A DNA stretch of 64,000 nt from the NCBI GenBank assembly GCA_905479655.1, contig CAJQNK010000005.1, positions 9,544-73,543 on the forward strand, in the 5' to 3' direction. Shown piece after piece: positions 1 through 8,845 of the stretch; the stretch's first letter is position 1; every line of letters begins with the position of its first letter. Position numbers and translations under genes: made by a program. The notes below the pieces were generated by a model. The model worked only from the letters and a program-made list of their open reading frames with translations, searched no databases and was not told the origin of the DNA. This stretch comes from an uncultured bacterium (GTDB lineage: Bacteria; Acidobacteriota; Thermoanaerobaculia; Multivoradales; JAHEKO01).

Positions 1-747
1 GCCGACCTCTACTTCATGACCCAGCGGGTGGGCGTGCTGCCGACCCGGGAGCTGGTGAGTCCCCTCCAGCGGATCCTCTTCCCGTCGTTCAGCGGGCTGG
101 TCGACGACCCGGCGCGGCTCCGTCGGGCGGTCCTGGAGTCGGTCAACGTGCTGGGGAGCCTGAGTCTCCCGGCCGGTTGCGGCTTCGCCCTGGTCGCCGG
201 CGACTTCGTGCCCCTGGCCCTGGGGCAGCGCTGGATGCCGATCGTGCCGCTGCTGGCGGTCCTCACCCCCTACCTCGGCCTGCGGGCCACGCTGTCGCAG
301 ACCCTGCCGTGCGTCATGGCCCTGGGCCGCACGCGGCTGCTCTTCGGGGTCAGCCTGGCCTACGCCCTCGTCCACCTGCCGGTCTTCGTCACCGGCACGG
401 CCCTCTACGCCCTGCCCGGCGCCATCGGCAGCATCGTCGTCGCCGGGGTCGTCTACACGGCGCTCAACGCCTGGATGCTGTGGCGGACGGTCGGGATCCG
501 GCCCGGGGAGATCGTCGCTCAGTTGGGCCGGCCCCTCGCGGCCACGGCGGTCATGGTGGCTGCCGTCCTGGCCCTGCGCGAGATCCTGCCGTCGCCGGTC
601 GCATCCGAGCTCCGGCGCTGGCTGACCCTGGGCGCCGAGGTCGGCCTCGGTGGCGCCGGCTACGCCGTCGCCCTCGGGGTCCTGTGGCGTTGGAGGGGTC
701 GTCCCCCCGGGATCGAAAGCCGCTTCCTGCAGCTCCTCGGTCGGTGA
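1..747 (+). CDS. Polysaccharide-biosynthesis / MOP-superfamily flippase (Wzx-like), C-terminal fragment. The gene begins upstream of the window.
   Basis: The ORF is open from position 1. The product is a hydrophobic multi-TM C-terminus typical of Wzx/MATE-like polysaccharide exporters. It sits next to GT4 and GT2 glycosyltransferases. Confidence 0.5.
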   Translation, partial: ADLYFMTQRVGVLPTRELVSPLQRILFPSFSGLVDDPARLRRAVLESVNVLGSLSLPAGCGFALVAGDFVPLALGQRWMPIVPLLAVLTPYLGLRATLSQTLPCVMALGRTRLLFGVSLAYALVHLPVFVTGTALYALPGAIGSIVVAGVVYTALNAWMLWRTVGIRPGEIVAQLGRPLAATAVMVAAVLALREILPSPVASELRRWLTLGAEVGLGGAGYAVALGVLWRWRGRPPGIESRFLQLLGR

Positions 748-762
748 ACCTCCCCCTCGGGC

Positions 763-1992
763 TCAGGGGAGGCGCGTCCGGGGCCCGTCACGGTCCGCCA
801 GATCCAGGAAGACGGCCTCCGTGCGTTTCGCGAGCGCCGGCCACGCGTGCTCGCCCGCCAGGCGTCGCCCGCCGCAGGCCAGGCGCTCGCGGAGCTCCGG
901 ATCCTCCAGGAGGCGCACCAGCGCCCGGGTCAACGCCTCCGGATCCCCCGGCGGGACGACCAGCGCGCTCTCGCCGTCGCGCAGGACCTCGCCGAGGCCC
1001 CCCACGCCGGTCGCGACCACCGGCACGCCCAGGGCCAGGGCCAGGTAGAGGACGCCGGACTGGCTGATCTGCCGGTACGGCAGGGCCACGACGTCGGCGG
1101 CGGCGAACCAGCGGCTCACCTCCGTGAAGGGGACGTAGTCGAAGTGGCGGACGGCGTCGAGGCTCTCGGCCCGGGCCTCGAGCTCTCGCCGTCGCGCCGG
1201 GGCCAGCTGGACCGGGTTGCCGGCGACCAGGAGGCGGGCGCGCCTTCCGTCCCGGGCGAGGCGGGCCTCGGCCACCGCGGGCCACGCGTCGAAGAGCACG
1301 TCGAGCCCCTTGTACTCCCGGAGGTAGCCGAAGAAGAGGACCGTCTCCTCGTCTTCGGCGAGCCCCAGCTCGCGACGGGCCGCTCCCGGGTCGATCGGCT
1401 CCTCCCCGTCGCCCGCGAAGAAGCCGTACTCCCCGTGGGGAATCACGGCGATCCGTCGCGGCTCGACCCCGAGCTCCTCGACCAGCCGCCGCCGATCGAC
1501 TTCCGAGTGGGCTATCACCCGGCGGGGGAGCCGGTGGATCCCCCTCTGGACGAGGGCCTGGAACGGGATCGGCTCGTGGGGCGTCACCTGGTGCGCCGTC
1601 GCCACGACGGGCAGTCCCAGGAGCCGCAGGAGGAGAAGATGGAGGAGCACGATCGGGTTGGTCGAGTGCAGGTGGACCACGTCGGGCCGCAGACGCCGGG
1701 CCAGCGCGGCGACGACGAAGGCGTCCACCACCGCCTCGACCTTGCGGGCGAGCGCCAGGGCGAAGCGCGGCCAGGGGCGCCGTCGCCCGCCATCCCGAGG
1801 ACGCCGGCTGAGACGCGCCGTCTTCCTCACGACGCGGACCCCGGCCGGGAGCTCCCGGCGGCCCTCCAGCTCGTAGCCGACGGCGGTCACCACGATCACC
1901 TCGTGACCGCGCTCCGCCAGCGCGCCGGCGAGGAGGTGCGCGTAGTGGATCAGTCCGCCCTGGCCGAACGTCTCCACCTCGAGGATCCGCAT
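763..1992 (-). CDS. Glycosyltransferase family 4 (GT-B fold)
   Basis: The N-terminus MRILEVETFGQGGL...GHEV is typical of GT4 enzymes, and the C-terminal half carries the E-x7-E region. Start chosen at ATG 1992. The ORF-track start at 2058 is a TTG that would add a 22-aa extension. Confidence 0.8.
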   Translation of the reverse strand: MRILEVETFGQGGLIHYAHLLAGALAERGHEVIVVTAVGYELEGRRELPAGVRVVRKTARLSRRPRDGGRRRPWPRFALALARKVEAVVDAFVVAALARRLRPDVVHLHSTNPIVLLHLLLLRLLGLPVVATAHQVTPHEPIPFQALVQRGIHRLPRRVIAHSEVDRRRLVEELGVEPRRIAVIPHGEYGFFAGDGEEPIDPGAARRELGLAEDEETVLFFGYLREYKGLDVLFDAWPAVAEARLARDGRRARLLVAGNPVQLAPARRRELEARAESLDAVRHFDYVPFTEVSRWFAAADVVALPYRQISQSGVLYLALALGVPVVATGVGGLGEVLRDGESALVVPPGDPEALTRALVRLLEDPELRERLACGGRRLAGEHAWPALAKRTEAVFLDLADRDGPRTRLP

Positions 1993-2128
1993 GGTGGGGA
2001 GTATCGCACCCGGAGAGGCCGCTCTTCCGCCGAGGGGGGCGTCGGCCGCCTTGTCCAAGGCGAGCGGCCCGCCGGGGCCGGCCGGTTAGAATGAAAGGAA
2101 CCAGGGGTGCGGAAGCGGATCGTTATCG
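1993..2128. promoter_or_regulatory. Divergent intergenic region between the GT4 gene (-) and the NRPS operon (+). A -10-like hexamer TAGAAT lies at 2087-2092 in a locally AT-richer stretch.
   Basis: The sequence ggttagaatgaaaggaacc lies about 35 nt upstream of the NRPS ATG. No clean -35 is present. This is a tentative call. Confidence 0.2.
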
Positions 2129-5100
2129 ATGACCAGTGCGGATCAGCGCGCCGCGCGCCTCGAGGAAGCCATCCGGCGGAAGCGCGCCACGGCTCGCTCC
2201 GGCGCCACGGCACTGCCGGCTCGGCCGGCGGACGAGCCCGCGCGTCTCGGCGAGATGCAACGCGGCCTCTGGCTGCTGCATCAGCTCGATCCCGCTTCGG
2301 CGGCCTACAACCTGGCGAGCGCGCATCGTCTCCGCGGTCCCGTCGACGCCGGTGAGCTCGAGAGGGCGCTGAACCAGGTCGTGGCCCGCCACCGTCTCCT
2401 CCGTTCGACCTACCGGGCGCGGGGCGACGAGGTCCTGCAGGTCGTCGGGCCCGCGGTTCGCCTGGCGATCGGGCGGCGGGAGGTCGAGGCAGGGGAGGCG
2501 ACGACGGCGGCGGTCCGCGCGGCCCGGGGGCCCTTCGATCTCGGGTCCGGGCCGCTGGTCCGGATGACCCTGATCGCGGAGGCGGGCGGCGCCGACGACC
2601 TCCTCCTCCTGGTGCTGCCCCACATCCTGTGCGACCAGCGCTCCCTCGGAGTGCTGTGGCGCGAGCTCGCGGAGGCCTACGCCGGCCGTCTGTCGGGGAG
2701 CCCGGAGCCCTTCCAGTACGACGACTGGGTCCACCGATCCCGGGGCGACGAGACGAAGCGCCGCGAGGACCTGGCGTTCTGGCGACGGCGACTGGACCCG
2801 TTGCCCGAGGCCCTGGAGCTGCCCTTCGAGACCCCGGCCGGGCCCTCGGGTGACGAGCCCGGCGCGCGCGGCCGCCTGCTGAGCGGGGAGCTCGACCCGG
2901 ACCTCCTCGAGGGCGTGCGTCACCTGGCCGCGGCCGTCGGAGCCAGCCCGTTCGCGGTCTACGCCTTCGCCTTCCGGCTGCTCCTCGACCGCCTGACGGA
3001 CGGCCGGCCGGTCGCCTTCGCGACGCCGGCCTCCACCCGCTCCCATCCCGCGACCGCGAACCTGGTCGGCTACTTCCTGAACCCGGTCGTGGTGCCGGCG
3101 AAGATCGACGAGGCGGTCCCGGCCCGGGCCGCGATCCGCGAGTTCGGCCGCGAGGTCCGCGAGCTCCTGGGCCGAGCCTCGGTGCCCTTCCAGACGGTGG
3201 CGGAGGAGCTCTCGTCCCGGCGTCATGGCGACCGGCACCCGATCCTCCGGAACCCGATCTTCCAGGCGCTGTTCGTCCACCGCGTGGCCGCCGCCCCGCC
3301 GAGCCTGGGGCGCACCCGGCTCGAGCCGGTCGAGCTGGACCTGGGGGAGTCGAAGTTCGACCTGACCCTGTTCGTGACGGAGGGCGAGCGCCGCCTGGAG
3401 GTCTCGCTGGAGTGCCGGACCGACCGGGTGCCCGAGCGCCGGCAGCGGGAGCTCCTGGGCTACTACGCGACGTTGCTGGAGGGCCTGCTCGAGGAGCCGG
3501 AACGGCCCACGGCCGAGCTCTCGATGCTGCGGCCGGAGGAGGCGGGCCGCCTCGCCGCCTGGTCCAAAGGGGACATGCTGCCGGCGGAGGAGGCTCCGCT
3601 CCTGCCGGCGCGGATCCTCGAACGGGCGCTGCGCTCTCCCGACTCGACGGCCGTGGAGTGGGGCGGCCGCCGCCGCAGCTACGCCGAGGTCTCCGAGGCG
3701 GCCGGCTCGATCGCCGGGCGACTCGCGGGAGCCGGCGCGCGACCCGGCGACCGCGTCGGCCTGTTCCTCGGGCGCTCCGACCGGATGGTCTCCGCCGTCC
3801 TCGGCATCCACCGGGCCGGCGCCGCCTACGTGCCCCTCGATCCGGCCTATCCGGCGGAGAGGAACCGCCGGGTGCTGGAGGACGCCGACGTGTCGGCTGT
3901 CGTCACCGACCGAGAGGCGCGCGACCGTCTGCCGGCGGGGTCGTGGCCGGTCGTCGACCTCGGTGACGCCCCGCCGGCCCCGGCCGAGCTCCCCGCGTCG
4001 CCGGAGCTCCGGCCGGAGATGCCCGCCTACGTCCTCTACACGTCGGGCTCCACCGGGCGACCCAAGGGCGTCGTCGTCAGCCACGGCAACCTGGCGACGT
4101 CGACCGCGGCGCGCCCCGCGGCCTACGACCTCGCCCCGGAGCGCTTCCTGCTGGTGCCGAGCGTCGCGTTCGACAGCTCGGTCGCCGGCCTGTTCTGGAC
4201 GCTGGCGACGGGGGGGACCCTCGTCGTCCCCACCGAGGACGAGGCGGCCGACCCCCGCCGGCTGGCCGACCTCGTGGCGCGAGCCGGGGTCACCGGGCTG
4301 TTGTGCGTCCCGTCGCTCTACCGGCAGCTCCTGCGCTCGGGCGCGGACCGGCTGCGCTCCCTCGCGTTCGCGATCGTGGCCGGCGAGACCTGTCCGCCCC
4401 GGCTCGTGGCCGAGCACTTCCGAGCCCTGCCCGCGACTCGCCTGTTCAACGAGTACGGCCCCACGGAGGCGACCGTGTGGGCGACTGTGGACGAGCTCAC
4501 CGTCGACGACTCGGGCGCGGCGGTGCCGATCGGCCGGCCCATCCCGGGTGTGTGGGTCGAGGTGCTCGACCGCGGCGGACGACCGGCGCCGCCGGGGATC
4601 CCGGGCGAGGCGCGCATCGCCGGTCCGACGGTCGCCCGGGGTTACCACCGGAGTCCCGAGCTGTCGGCGGAGCGCTTCGTCGAGCTGGGGGACGGCCGTC
4701 GCGCCTACCGGACGGGCGACCGGATGGCCTGGGCCGACGACGGGAGCCTGCGCTTCCTGGGTCGCCGGGACGAGCAGATCAAGCTCCGCGGCTTCCGGAT
4801 CGAGCCCGGCGAGGTGGAGACCGCGCTCCTGGGGCTCCCCGGGGTCGAGGAGGCGGCCGTCGTCGCCCGGACGCCGAGGGGCGGGTCGCCGGATCTCGCC
4901 GATCCCGCGCTCCAGCTCGTGGCCTTCGTCCGTGGGGGCGCCGCGCCGCCGGACTGGCGGGGGCAGCTGGCCTCCTCGCTGCCCGCGCACATGGTCCCGA
5001 GCCGTCTGGTCGAGCTCCCCGAGCTGCCGCTCCTGCCCAACGGCAAGGTCGACCGGCGGCGGCTGCGCGAGCTCCCCCTCGAGGCCGAGACGGCCGCGGG

Positions 5101-6211
5101 GAGCGGTGGGGATCCGGAGCGGATCCTCGGCCAACACGAGCAGGCTCTGCTCTCCCTCTGGGAGGGCCTCCTGGGGCGGACGGGTCTCGGGCTCACCGAC
5201 AACTTCTTCGAGCACGGTGCGCACTCGCTGCTGATGGTGGAGGCGCTGCGGGCCATCGAGCGCGACTTCGGCGTCAGCCTGGCGGCCTCGGACCTGTTCG
5301 AGTGCCCCACCGTGGAGGGCTTGGTCCGCCGGATCGACTCCCGGATCGATTCCCGGGTCGACTCGGGGGGCGGGCCGGCGGCGGCGCCCTACCACCACCT
5401 CTTCCCGATCCAGCCCTCGGGGGGCGGCGCGCCGCTGGTGTTCGCGCTGCCGCACTTCTTCACGGCGATGCTCGCGGAGCGCTTTCGGGGGGAGCGGCCG
5501 GTCTACGGTCTGCGCGGGGTGGGGCTGCGGCCGGAGGGCAACCTGGGGCGGTGGCGGACGATGCGCGCCCTGGCCGAGGAGCTGGTCGAGGAGATCCAGC
5601 GCCGGTTCCCCGGCGAGGCGTGCATCCTGGCCGGGTACTCGTTCGGGGCGTCCATGGCCCTGGAGGCGGTGCGGGTCCTGGAGGAGCGGGGCCTGCCGGT
5701 GCGGCGCCTCGTCCTGATCGCCCCCATGCCGTTGAACCTCGTCTCCTTCGGCCCCCTCCGGCTCCAGCTCGACGGTCTCCGCCGGCCGGGCGAGGAGCTG
5801 TCCGCGCGCGAGGCGCTGGGTCTCTTCGCCCGCGCCAACCATCCGCTGACGGGCCGGCCGTACCGGCGCGCGTGGCGCTGGCTGGCCGTCGAGCCCCGCC
5901 GCCGGCTCCTGCAGCTCGTCGGGCGGCTGCGGCGTCGGGCCGGGTTGCCGTTGGGGCCGCGGATCCTGCACGCTGACGTCCGAGTCGATCGCTTCCGCCT
6001 GCACGCCCGTTATCGACCGGGTGTCGTCCACACGCCGACCCTCTTCTTCAACGCGCGCGAGCCCGGCACCGACGCCGCGGCGACCTGGCGACCCTGCTTC
6101 GGAGGTCCGCTGACCGTCCACCCGATCTCCGACCCCCACCTCGATGAGGCCTCGGTAGAGGCCGCTCGCCGCGAGATCCTCCGTCACCTGACCGATCCGG
6201 AGGGCTCCTGA
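2129..6211 (+). CDS. Non-ribosomal peptide synthetase, single module C-A-PCP-TE
   Basis: The C domain carries a variant active site, PHILCDQRS, in place of HHxxxDG. The A-domain motifs are LYTSGSTGRPKG (A3), NEYGPTE (A5), YRTGD (A7), GRRDEQIKLRGFRIEPGEVE (A8) and LPNGKVDRR (A10). The PCP motif is FFEHGAHSLL. The TE carries GYSFGAS (GxSxG). Confidence 0.9.
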   Translation: MTSADQRAARLEEAIRRKRATARSGATALPARPADEPARLGEMQRGLWLLHQLDPASAAYNLASAHRLRGPVDAGELERALNQVVARHRLLRSTYRARGDEVLQVVGPAVRLAIGRREVEAGEATTAAVRAARGPFDLGSGPLVRMTLIAEAGGADDLLLLVLPHILCDQRSLGVLWRELAEAYAGRLSGSPEPFQYDDWVHRSRGDETKRREDLAFWRRRLDPLPEALELPFETPAGPSGDEPGARGRLLSGELDPDLLEGVRHLAAAVGASPFAVYAFAFRLLLDRLTDGRPVAFATPASTRSHPATANLVGYFLNPVVVPAKIDEAVPARAAIREFGREVRELLGRASVPFQTVAEELSSRRHGDRHPILRNPIFQALFVHRVAAAPPSLGRTRLEPVELDLGESKFDLTLFVTEGERRLEVSLECRTDRVPERRQRELLGYYATLLEGLLEEPERPTAELSMLRPEEAGRLAAWSKGDMLPAEEAPLLPARILERALRSPDSTAVEWGGRRRSYAEVSEAAGSIAGRLAGAGARPGDRVGLFLGRSDRMVSAVLGIHRAGAAYVPLDPAYPAERNRRVLEDADVSAVVTDREARDRLPAGSWPVVDLGDAPPAPAELPASPELRPEMPAYVLYTSGSTGRPKGVVVSHGNLATSTAARPAAYDLAPERFLLVPSVAFDSSVAGLFWTLATGGTLVVPTEDEAADPRRLADLVARAGVTGLLCVPSLYRQLLRSGADRLRSLAFAIVAGETCPPRLVAEHFRALPATRLFNEYGPTEATVWATVDELTVDDSGAAVPIGRPIPGVWVEVLDRGGRPAPPGIPGEARIAGPTVARGYHRSPELSAERFVELGDGRRAYRTGDRMAWADDGSLRFLGRRDEQIKLRGFRIEPGEVETALLGLPGVEEAAVVARTPRGGSPDLADPALQLVAFVRGGAAPPDWRGQLASSLPAHMVPSRLVELPELPLLPNGKVDRRRLRELPLEAETAAGSGGDPERILGQHEQALLSLWEGLLGRTGLGLTDNFFEHGAHSLLMVEALRAIERDFGVSLAASDLFECPTVEGLVRRIDSRIDSRVDSGGGPAAAPYHHLFPIQPSGGGAPLVFALPHFFTAMLAERFRGERPVYGLRGVGLRPEGNLGRWRTMRALAEELVEEIQRRFPGEACILAGYSFGASMALEAVRVLEERGLPVRRLVLIAPMPLNLVSFGPLRLQLDGLRRPGEELSAREALGLFARANHPLTGRPYRRAWRWLAVEPRRRLLQLVGRLRRRAGLPLGPRILHADVRVDRFRLHARYRPGVVHTPTLFFNAREPGTDAAATWRPCFGGPLTVHPISDPHLDEASVEAARREILRHLTDPEGS
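5330..5365 (+). repeat. 12-bp tandem repeat x3 encoding RIDS-RIDS-RVDS in the PCP-TE linker of the NRPS
   Basis: The sequence reads cggatcgactcc cggatcgattcc cgggtcgactcg. Confidence 0.5.
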
Positions 6212-6212
6212 G

Positions 6213-7007
6213 ATGCGGACGGAGGTGGAACCGAGGCGGATTCCGGAGCGGAGCCGCGCGCTCCTCGACGGCCTGGCCGCGCGCATCCGGCCCGACGACC
6301 CGAGGCTGGAGGCGTGGTACCCGCGGTACGTCCGACAGCACAGGAGACGCCTGGCCGTGGACCTGGCGCTCGTGGAGAGGCACGTGAGGCTCGGCGCACG
6401 GATCCTGGAGGTGGGGGCGATCCCGCCGCTGACGACCGCGGCGCTGGCAGAGCTGGGCTACGCGGTTCGCGGCGTCGACCTCGCGCCGGCCCGCTTCGGA
6501 CGGGCGATCGCCGAGCTCGGGCTCGACGTCGCCGAGTGCGACATCGAGAGGCAGGCGCTCCCCTTCGCCGACGAGAGCTTCGATGCCGTCCTGTTCAACG
6601 AGCTCCTCGAGCACTTGCGGATCGACCCGCTGTTCACCCTGCGGGAGGTGCGCCGGGTACTGGTGCCCGGCGGGCTCCTGCTCCTCTCCACCCCGAACCT
6701 GCGCTCCTTCCGCGGCCTGCGCAACCTCCTGCTGCACAACCAGGGGCACGCCGCCTCGGCGGGCGTCTACGAGCAGTTCGAGAAGCTCGAGACCCTGGGG
6801 CACATGGGCCACGTGCGCGAGTACACGACCCGCGAGGTGACCGAGCTCCTCGAGCGTCTCGGTTACCGGGTCGACGTCGTCGTCTACCGCGGCGGTCACG
6901 GCCGGGGTCCGGTCGGAGTCGCGGAGCGGCTGGCGCCCTCGCTCCGCCCGTTCTTCTCGCTGATCGCGAGCCGGCTGAGCCGCTCGCCCGAGGACGGGGA
7001 CCGATGA
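6213..7007 (+). CDS. Class I SAM-dependent methyltransferase
   Basis: The Rossmann glycine-rich motif is ILEVGAIPP, with an acidic loop at VRGVDLAP. The gene starts 2 nt after the NRPS stop. Confidence 0.75.
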   Translation: MRTEVEPRRIPERSRALLDGLAARIRPDDPRLEAWYPRYVRQHRRRLAVDLALVERHVRLGARILEVGAIPPLTTAALAELGYAVRGVDLAPARFGRAIAELGLDVAECDIERQALPFADESFDAVLFNELLEHLRIDPLFTLREVRRVLVPGGLLLLSTPNLRSFRGLRNLLLHNQGHAASAGVYEQFEKLETLGHMGHVREYTTREVTELLERLGYRVDVVVYRGGHGRGPVGVAERLAPSLRPFFSLIASRLSRSPEDGDR

Positions 7008-7945
7008 CCGGCTCCCGGCTGAGCTCCGCGATCGACGGTCGGATCTTCGTCGTCGGCGTTCCCCGCTCCGGCACCACCCTGGTGCAGGCCCTCCTGGCGG
7101 CGCACGGTGCGGTGGCGTCGTTCACCGAGAGCCACCTCTTCGATCGCCACTTCGTCTTCCTGCCCGGCCTCGGCCGGCCGATCCTGACGCGGGACCCCGG
7201 GCCCCGGCTGCGCGAGTTCCTGGCCGAGAACGGCGAGGAGGCTCCGGCGGCCGCCGAGGAGTTCGCCGCCGCGGGCGGCGGCCTACGTGGATGGCGACCC
7301 CTGTTGCCGTTGCGCACCGGCTCGGTGGCGCGACGGCTTCTGCGGGTTCTGGACGAGCTGACCCTGCGCCGCGGGCGTGCCGTGTGGGTCGAGAAGACGC
7401 CGCGCCATCTGCGCTACGTTCCCTTCCTCGAGGGGGTGGCGGGACCCGCAGGGGGCGCCCGTTTCGTGCACGTGGTCCGGGAGGGGCTGGAGACCGTCGC
7501 CTCCCTGCGCGCGGCCTCGCGGGGCTGGGAGCGTCCCTACGATCTGGCGGCCTGCGTGCGACGATGGAACCGGGACATCGCCTTCTCCGCCCGCCGTCTC
7601 GCCTCGCCGAGCGACCACTTCGTCGTCTACGAGGAGCTCGCGGCCCGGCCGGAGGCGGTCCTCCGGACGCTCCTCGGCGAGCTGGGCCTCGTCTGGGAGC
7701 CGGAGATCCTCGAGCGCTACCCGACGGCCTCCGAGCGTCTCGTCACCGGGCAGGAGAGGGGGTGGAAGGGCGACGTGGGACGCGCCATCCGTCCCGCCCC
7801 GTCGTCGTCCTCGACGCTGAGCGAGGAGGAGCGTCGACGCGCGACCCGGTCGCTGCGCCGCGAGCCCTACGAGCGGATCCGTGGGCGGCCGCGGTCGCCG
7901 GTCGAGGCGACTCCGGCGCCGGGGAAGGAGGCAGGGGTCCGATGA
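7004..7945 (+). CDS. Sulfotransferase-family protein
   Basis: The 5-prime-PSB-like loop is VVGVPRSGTTL, and a 3-prime-PB-like region is RFVHVVREGLETVAS. There is an ATGA overlap with the methyltransferase stop. Confidence 0.7.
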   Translation: MTGSRLSSAIDGRIFVVGVPRSGTTLVQALLAAHGAVASFTESHLFDRHFVFLPGLGRPILTRDPGPRLREFLAENGEEAPAAAEEFAAAGGGLRGWRPLLPLRTGSVARRLLRVLDELTLRRGRAVWVEKTPRHLRYVPFLEGVAGPAGGARFVHVVREGLETVASLRAASRGWERPYDLAACVRRWNRDIAFSARRLASPSDHFVVYEELAARPEAVLRTLLGELGLVWEPEILERYPTASERLVTGQERGWKGDVGRAIRPAPSSSSTLSEEERRRATRSLRREPYERIRGRPRSPVEATPAPGKEAGVR

Positions 7946-8736
7946 GCGACACTCCGCACGTCTCCGTGGTGGTGCCGTTCTACGGCAGCGAGCGCCACAT
8001 CGCCGAGTGCATCGACTCGCTGCTGACCCAGGAGGACGTGGGCGGCCCCTTCGAGGTCGTCTTCGTCGACAACGGCTCGCAGGACGGATCCGCCGCCATC
8101 GTCTCCCGCTACCCCGAGCTCGTGGTCGTGCGCGAGACCACGCCGGGAGCCTACGCGGCGCGCAACGCGGGCGTGCGCGTGGCGCGCGCGCCGCTCATCG
8201 CGTTCACCGACGCCGACTGCGCCGTCGGCCGGCGGTGGCTGCGCTCGATCCGCGAGGGGATGGAGGATCCCGGAAGCGCGATCCTGCTGGGCACCTGTCT
8301 CTACCCGTACGAGGCCTCGTTGCCGCTGCGCCTCCTCGGAGCCTACGAGAACGCGAAGAGCCGGTATGTCCTCGAGCGCTGTTCGCCGGCCTACCGCTTC
8401 GCCTACGCCAACAACATGGCCGTGCGGGCCTCGGTGTTCGAGGAGGTCGGCCCGTTCCGCGAATGGCGGCGGGCCGGGGACACGGAGCTGGTGCACCGGC
8501 TGACGTCCAGGCGGCCGGACCTCCGGGTCGTCTACCGGCCCTCGATGAGGATCATCCACCGGGAGTTCCTGAACGCCCGTCACCGGCTGGGGCGGCTCAC
8601 CGTGTACACGAAGACCAACGAGAAGATCGGTACCTTCCGGGAGCTCGGCCTTCGGCAACGCTTCGGCGTCCTCGTCACCCTGCTCCGCAGCCTCCTGGCG
8701 GGCGGCCTGAAGCGGGTCAAGCGCTCGGCGTTGTAG
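7942..8736 (+). CDS. Glycosyltransferase family 2
   Basis: The N-terminus VSVVVPFYGSERHIAECIDSLL is typical of GT2 enzymes. The DxD region is FTDAD. There is an ATGA overlap with the sulfotransferase stop. Confidence 0.8.
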   Translation: MSDTPHVSVVVPFYGSERHIAECIDSLLTQEDVGGPFEVVFVDNGSQDGSAAIVSRYPELVVVRETTPGAYAARNAGVRVARAPLIAFTDADCAVGRRWLRSIREGMEDPGSAILLGTCLYPYEASLPLRLLGAYENAKSRYVLERCSPAYRFAYANNMAVRASVFEEVGPFREWRRAGDTELVHRLTSRRPDLRVVYRPSMRIIHREFLNARHRLGRLTVYTKTNEKIGTFRELGLRQRFGVLVTLLRSLLAGGLKRVKRSAL

Positions 8737-8845
8737 ACGCGGTCCTGGGCGGCTCGGCGACGACCGCGGCCGCCGGGATGGGAGGCCCGCCTCGGGGTCC
8801 ATCGACCCCCTCGCTGCGCTCGGTCGCCCAGGACGACACGCCTTG

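Noticed and set aside
2123-6286. A 1387-aa ORF antisense to the NRPS gene
   Set aside because: It is Arg/Pro/Gly-rich low-complexity translation typical of a high-GC antisense frame, with no domain motifs. The sense strand carries a complete C-A-PCP-TE.
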